Part shown: positions 60,021-64,000 of the stretch, in pieces | Position numbering within the stretch: the first letter of the stretch is position 1 | How the letters are laid out: each line of letters begins with the position of its first letter | Source of the DNA: an uncultured Actinomycetes bacterium | GTDB taxonomy: Bacteria; Actinomycetota; Thermoleophilia; Gaiellales; Gaiellaceae | Direction of reading: 5' to 3' | Assembly: GCA_963756925.1 (NCBI GenBank) | Contig: CAVWPL010000006.1 | Coordinates: 38,020 to 102,019 of the forward strand | Length of the DNA: 64,000 nt | Position numbers and translations under genes: made by a program | The notes under the pieces: model-generated | What the model saw: the letters and a program-made list of their open reading frames with translations, nothing else | What the model was told of the DNA's origin: nothing | Database searches by the model: none

Positions 60021-60692
60021 ATGCCGAATGCCGTCCTCGTTGCCGAGCCAGAGTCGGCGACGCGTGAATATCTCGGCCGGCAGCTGAGCGATGACGGCTT
60101 CGACGTCCTCGGAGCTGCGCGTAGGAGCGAGGCGCTCGACCTCGTCGAGCGGGCACGTCCCGATCTCGTGCTCCTCGCCGAGCTCGACCTGTGCCTGCGG
60201 CTGCGGCGTGGCGAGCCGGGACGGAGTTGGGATCGAAATGTCCCCGTGATCCTCCTTGCGCCGACCTCGGATCCTGTCGAGCGCGTGCGGGCGCTCGACC
60301 GCGGAGCGGACGACGTCATGGGGCGACCCTTCGCCTACGAGGAGCTCCTCGCGCGCATTCGGGCGCTTCTGCGACGGAGCACGGCGACCTCTGCCGAGGT
60401 ACTCGTGGCCGGTGACCTCACCATCGATCGACGCACGCGACGGGTCGTCGTGCGCGACGCGATGGTCACGCTCTCGGCGAAGGAGTTCGACCTGCTCGCT
60501 CGCCTCGCCGTAGAGCCGAGCCGCGTCTTCACGAAGGAAGAGCTCCTGCGTGAGGTCTGGGGCTTCCGTGCCCTCGGGCGCACGCGTACGCTCGAATCGC
60601 ACGCGTCGCGCCTCCGTCGCAAGCTGTCCGTCGCTTCGGGCGACCGCTTCGTCGTCAACGTCTGGGGCGTCGGATATCGGCTACTCGAGTAG
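60021..60692 (+). CDS. atypical (phospho-acceptor-less) orphan OmpR-family response regulator
   Basis: The winged helix is intact (SAKEFDLLARLAVEP...LESHASRLRRKL...VWGVGYRL). The receiver positions are substituted: VLVAEPES for the DD pair, DLVLLAEL for the phospho-Asp, ILLAPTS for Thr, and GADDVMGRPF for Lys. Confidence 0.8.
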   Translation: MPNAVLVAEPESATREYLGRQLSDDGFDVLGAARRSEALDLVERARPDLVLLAELDLCLRLRRGEPGRSWDRNVPVILLAPTSDPVERVRALDRGADDVMGRPFAYEELLARIRALLRRSTATSAEVLVAGDLTIDRRTRRVVVRDAMVTLSAKEFDLLARLAVEPSRVFTKEELLREVWGFRALGRTRTLESHASRLRRKLSVASGDRFVVNVWGVGYRLLE

Positions 60693-60765
60693 CCGCCGCA
60701 TCGCGGCGGGTATCTCCGACTTGTCGTTCGCTCTGGCGAGATAACGCGGTGGACGATGCTCTGTT

Positions 60766-61329
60766 CTACCCCAGAAGCGCGCCCTCGAGCTCGAGCAGCG
60801 CAGTCTTGCGCTCGAGCCCACCCGCGTAGCCGACGAGGCTTCCGCTTGCACCCACGACTCTGTGGCAGGGGAGCACGATCGGGATCCTGTTTCGGTTCAT
60901 CACGGTGCCGACGGCACGCGCTGCTCGCGGTCGTCCAACTCGTGCTGCGAGCGCTCCGTAGGTGGTTGTCTCGCCGAAGGGCACCTTGGCGAGCTCGCTG
61001 AGCACGGAGACGGTGAACGGAGCGAGGCCGCGAAGGTCGAGCCTCATGTCGAAGACCTGACGACGTCCGGCGAAGTACTCGTCGAGCTCGCGTCGCGCCT
61101 CGTCGACGCTCCGCGGGGAGCGGAGAACCGCGGGACCCGCGATTCTCGCGAGCCGCTCGAGCTCCTCATCCGCGCGTTGCTGGAACGAGATCGCAGCCAG
61201 TCCGTCGTGCGACACCGCGACGAGAAGCGGTCCGACGGGCGAGTCCAGCACGTCGTATCCGACGTCGACGAGACCGAGGCTCAGAGCCGCCTCGCGGAAA
61301 CGACGATCGACATCCGGCGAAATGGTCAT
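60766..61329 (-). CDS. ogt: methylated-DNA--protein-cysteine methyltransferase (O6-alkylguanine alkyltransferase)
   Basis: 187-aa ORF with an N-terminal Ogt-type domain, then TTYGALAARVGRPRAARAVGTVMNRNRIPIVLPCHRVV (PCHR active site). Confidence 0.88.
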   Translation of the reverse strand: MTISPDVDRRFREAALSLGLVDVGYDVLDSPVGPLLVAVSHDGLAAISFQQRADEELERLARIAGPAVLRSPRSVDEARRELDEYFAGRRQVFDMRLDLRGLAPFTVSVLSELAKVPFGETTTYGALAARVGRPRAARAVGTVMNRNRIPIVLPCHRVVGASGSLVGYAGGLERKTALLELEGALLG

Positions 61330-61790
61330 TCGGCAATCCTCCTCTTCCGAAGTCTCCGCACACCTGTTGATGTTGCTTGGCGCGCGGCATCAGCGCTCGA
61401 ATCCAGCGCATGCGCGATTTGCTCGTACGAGAGGTCGTACCCGTATCGGAGCACGACAGCGGCGCGCTCCTTCGGTGGCAGCCCGTCAGTCAGCGGAGCG
61501 AGCTCCGCATACGCCGGCGAGCCATCCTCGGATCCGTCCTCGACGAGCTCGCTCGTCGGCTTGGTTCGGCGCATGGTGTCGATCGCGACGTTCCGTGCGA
61601 TCGTCAGCACCCACGCCTTCAGGTGCTCGTCGTGCGTCAGGCGTCCGTACGCCTGGAGCGCCCGCAGGAACGTCTCCTGGAAGGCGTCGTCGGCCCGGTC
61701 GCGGCCCAGTTTGCTGCGTAGCAGCCGCATGACGTCGACACGATGCTCGTCATAGAAGCGCTCGAACGGGGGGAAGGACACCGACTGCAT
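61326..61790 (-). CDS. ECF-type sigma-70 family RNA polymerase sigma factor
   Basis: Internal ATG 61790 (MQSVSF...) of ORF 61326..62156, preceded by AAGGGAGAAG. Region 2: DDAFQETFLRALQAY...AWVLTIARNVAID. Region 4: LPPKERAAVVLRYGYDLSYEQIAHAL. The stop overlaps the ogt start (ATGA). Confidence 0.85.
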   Translation of the reverse strand: MQSVSFPPFERFYDEHRVDVMRLLRSKLGRDRADDAFQETFLRALQAYGRLTHDEHLKAWVLTIARNVAIDTMRRTKPTSELVEDGSEDGSPAYAELAPLTDGLPPKERAAVVLRYGYDLSYEQIAHALDSSADAARQATSTGVRRLRKRRIAE

Positions 61791-61828
61791 CTTCTCCCTT
61801 GAACGCGGAGGGCGGCTGATTTGTGAGC

Positions 61829-62649
61829 ATGTCACCTGTGAGATGTGCGGTTGTCGGTCATGTCGAGTGGGTGGAGTTCGCCACGGTCGAGCGCGTGCCG
61901 CTCCCGGGGAGATCGTCCACGCTCGGGATACCTGGGAGGATGCTGCCGGCGGCGGTGCAGTCGCAGCGGTGCAGTTGTCGAAGCTCGCGGAGTCGGTGTC
62001 ATTCTTCACGGCGCTCGGCGATGACTCACTCGGGCATCGCGCCAAGGAGGAGCTCGAGGCTCGCGGGATCGCCGTGCACGCGTCATTCGTCGAAGCTCCG
62101 CAACGTCGCGGGTTCACATACATCGACGAAGCGGGCGAGCGGACGATCACGACCATCGGCCCACGACTTGCGCCCCGCGGCCACGACGAGACGTTGCCCT
62201 GGCAGGAGCTGGTCGGATGCGACGCCGTCTACTTCTGCGCAGGAGACGTCGACGCACTTGCTCTGGCGCGCCGGGCACGAGTCCTCGTCGCAACGGCTCG
62301 CGAGCTCGGGGCGCTCAAGCGCATGTCGATCGAGGTCGACGCGCTCGTCGGGAGCGGATCCGATCAGGCAGAGCTCTATCGTCCCGGCGATCTCGACCCC
62401 GAGCCGCGGCTGGCGGTTACGACCTCGGGTGCGCTGGGTGGCTGGGCTCAGCCGGGCGGACCATTCTCAGGCGGTCCTAGGCCGAGCGTCGTTGTCGATT
62501 CGTACGGTGCGGGAGACTGCTTCGCCGCCGGTCTGACGTTTGCGCTCGGTACGGGCCTCGAAGCCTCCGAGGCCCTCGCGTTCGCAGCGCGCTGCGGAGC
62601 CGGGGCGCTGGCAGGCCCCGGCGTGCACGCCGAGCGCATCGTGCCGTAG
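61829..62649 (+). CDS. PfkB family carbohydrate/nucleoside kinase (frame broken near 61908)
   Basis: MSPVRCAVVGHVEWVEFATVERVPLPG joins EIVHARDTWEDAAGGGAVAAVQLSKL... and ends with the PfkB signature DSYGAGDCFAAGLTFAL. The break lies in a GGGG run. Confidence 0.75.
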
Positions 62650-62721
62650 GACGGACCAGGACCTACAGTCGCACCCGCGCCGGTCGGGGCCGGGTGGCCA
62701 AGGGCGCCGTCGTGCCCCGTA

Positions 62722-62777
62722 TGGGGGAAAAGGGTTGCACGGTGGGGGAAAGTGGAGTAACGTGGGGAATCGTGGGA
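62722..62777 (+). promoter_or_regulatory. phased MraZ-box direct repeats in the mraZ/dcw promoter region
   Basis: GTGGGG (62742), GTGGAG (62752), GTGGGG (62762) and GTGGGA (62772) are spaced exactly 10 bp apart. TGGGGG at 62722 is in the same phase. They lie 50-100 nt upstream of the mraZ ATG. Confidence 0.7.
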
Positions 62778-62824
62778 GACGTCCCGACCCCCACCACCTG
62801 GTTTCACACCACTCATTGGCTCAT

Positions 62825-63256
62825 ATGTTCTACGGCGAGTACGACCACTCAATCGACGAAAAGCACCGGCTCACGCTGCCGGCCCGCTTTCGCCATTCGC
62901 TTGCCGGAGGCGTCGTGCTGGCGCGCGGGATCGAGCGGAACGTCGACGTGTATCCGAGCGAGACGTGGCACGAGAACATGGCGCGGATCGCCCAGCTCGA
63001 CTCGCTCAACCGCGAGGCTCGTGAGATGAAGAGGTACGTCTTTGCCGGCGCCGCGATGGCGGAGCTCGATGGACAGGGGCGCGTGCTGATGCCGTCTCAC
63101 CTGCTGGAGCACGCGCGTCTCGAGAAGGACGTCGTGGTGATCGGGGTGCACGACCACGTCGAGATCTGGGAGCGAGCCGCCTGGTCGGCTCACTTGAGCG
63201 CGATAGAAGGGAGCGCGGGAGATGTTGCCGAACGTCTTGCGGACAAACGCAGCTGA
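62825..63256 (+). CDS. mraZ: division/cell wall cluster transcriptional regulator MraZ
   Basis: Internal ATG 62825 of ORF 62540..63256. MFYGEYDHSIDEKHRLTLPARFR and a second SpoVT/AbrB-like half, LDGQGRVLMPSHLLEHARL...IGVHDHVEIW. Confidence 0.92.
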   Translation: MFYGEYDHSIDEKHRLTLPARFRHSLAGGVVLARGIERNVDVYPSETWHENMARIAQLDSLNREAREMKRYVFAGAAMAELDGQGRVLMPSHLLEHARLEKDVVVIGVHDHVEIWERAAWSAHLSAIEGSAGDVAERLADKRS

Positions 63257-64000
63257 CCACGTCCCCGTCCTCACAGACGAGGTGCGTCAACTCCTCGCCG
63301 TCGAGCCCGGCGAGACCGTCGTCGACGCGACATTCGGGGCGGGCGGCCATTCGCGCCTCCTCGCAGACGATCTCGAGGGTCGGGGAAGCTCGTCGCGATC
63401 GACCGAGATCCGACCGTGCGCCCGTACTACGACCGGTTGAAGGCGTGCTCGCGCGGTATCCAGACACGTTTCCTCCGCGGGGATTACGCCGTGGTCATGG
63501 GGCAGCTCGCCGGGAACGGGGTGAAGGTGGACGCCGTGCTGCTCGACCTGGGTCTGTCGTCGATGCAGGTCGACCGGCCAGAGCGGGGCTTCTCGTACGC
63601 GACCGATGCGCCTCTCGATATGAGGATGGACGCCTCCGACGAATTGAGCGCCGCGGATGTCATTGCAAACTGGAGCGAGCAAGAGCTGGCGGCGATGTTC
63701 CGGACGTACGGGGAAGAGCGGTACGCGCGCCAGATTGCGCGCGGAATCGTGCGCCGCCGGGACGAGAGCCCGATCGAACGCACGGGCCAGCTCGTCGACG
63801 TGGTCAGGGCCTCGATCCCCGCCCCGGCACGCTTCGGCGAAGGACATCCGGCCAAGCGCGTGTTCCAGGCGCTCCGGATCGAGGTCAACCACGAGCTCGA
63901 GTCTCTCGAAGCCGGGTTGCCTGCTGCCTTCGAGATGCTGCGCCCCGGCGGCCGTCTGGCGGTGATCAGCTTCCATTCGCTCGAGGACCGCATCACGAAG
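63222..64000 (+). CDS. rsmH: 16S rRNA (cytosine1402-N4)-methyltransferase RsmH, 3'-partial, frame broken near 63384
   Basis: HVPVLTDEVRQLLAVEPGETVVDATFGAGGHSRLL (ORF 63222..63440) continues, by own translation, as GKLVAIDRDPTVRPYY...LLDLGLSSMQVDRPERGFSY...PLDMRMD...EERYARQIARGIV...HPAKRVFQALRIEVNHELESL...GGRLAVISFHSLEDRITK. It runs off the window end. The break is in a GGGG run. Confidence 0.88.

Overview
High-GC bacterial chromosomal window with no rRNA, tRNA, CRISPR array or transposase visible. Gene content looks actinobacterial and possibly deep-branching or thermophilic; that placement is inference.

Recognisable genes:
- DNA repair and stringent response: ruvCAB, recJ, rel, ogt with an ECF sigma factor.
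- Cofactor and tRNA modification: pdxS/pdxT, yebC, queG, queA, tgt.
- Envelope and secretion: an HtrA protease plus OmpR/histidine-kinase module (MprAB/PepD-like), yajC-secDF, an M23 peptidase, an NlpC/P60 peptidase.
- Metabolism: phosphomannomutase, hpt, aldehyde dehydrogenase, thiolase, 3-hydroxyacyl-CoA dehydrogenase, a UbiB/ABC1 kinase, a PfkB kinase.
- Signalling and regulation: a class III cyclase-ATPase-TPR protein, a fused PafBC-like double WYL regulator, and the start of the dcw cluster (mraZ-rsmH) with phased MraZ boxes.
- Cytochrome c maturation: ccmE-ccmF.

Three window-wide points:
1. About 20 otherwise conserved genes, several essential, are split by single frame changes. This looks like uncorrected indel errors, so split genes are reported as one CDS with the approximate shift position.
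2. Many genes carry a TAnnnT hexamer 6-8 nt upstream of the start codon and lack a Shine-Dalgarno sequence, which suggests leaderless transcripts.
3. Many long ORFs in the track are GC-driven off-frame or antisense artefacts.

Most interesting candidates:
- A translationally coupled metallophosphoesterase / cyclic 2,3-diphosphoglycerate synthetase-like / 2-phosphoglycerate kinase-like operon (32287-35260). This is an archaeal-type extremolyte pathway in a bacterium.
- A CcmE with a CxxxY heme-binding motif instead of HxxxY.
- A minus-strand block at 38.5-45 kb holding a lipoprotein, NlpC/P60, a multiply frameshifted secreted repeat protein, PafBC, a low-GC3 Cys/His-motif gene and a zinc-ribbon/SPOR protein.
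- A sensor-less histidine kinase coupled to queG.
- An OmpR-type regulator lacking all phospho-acceptor residues.
- An ECF sigma factor coupled to ogt.
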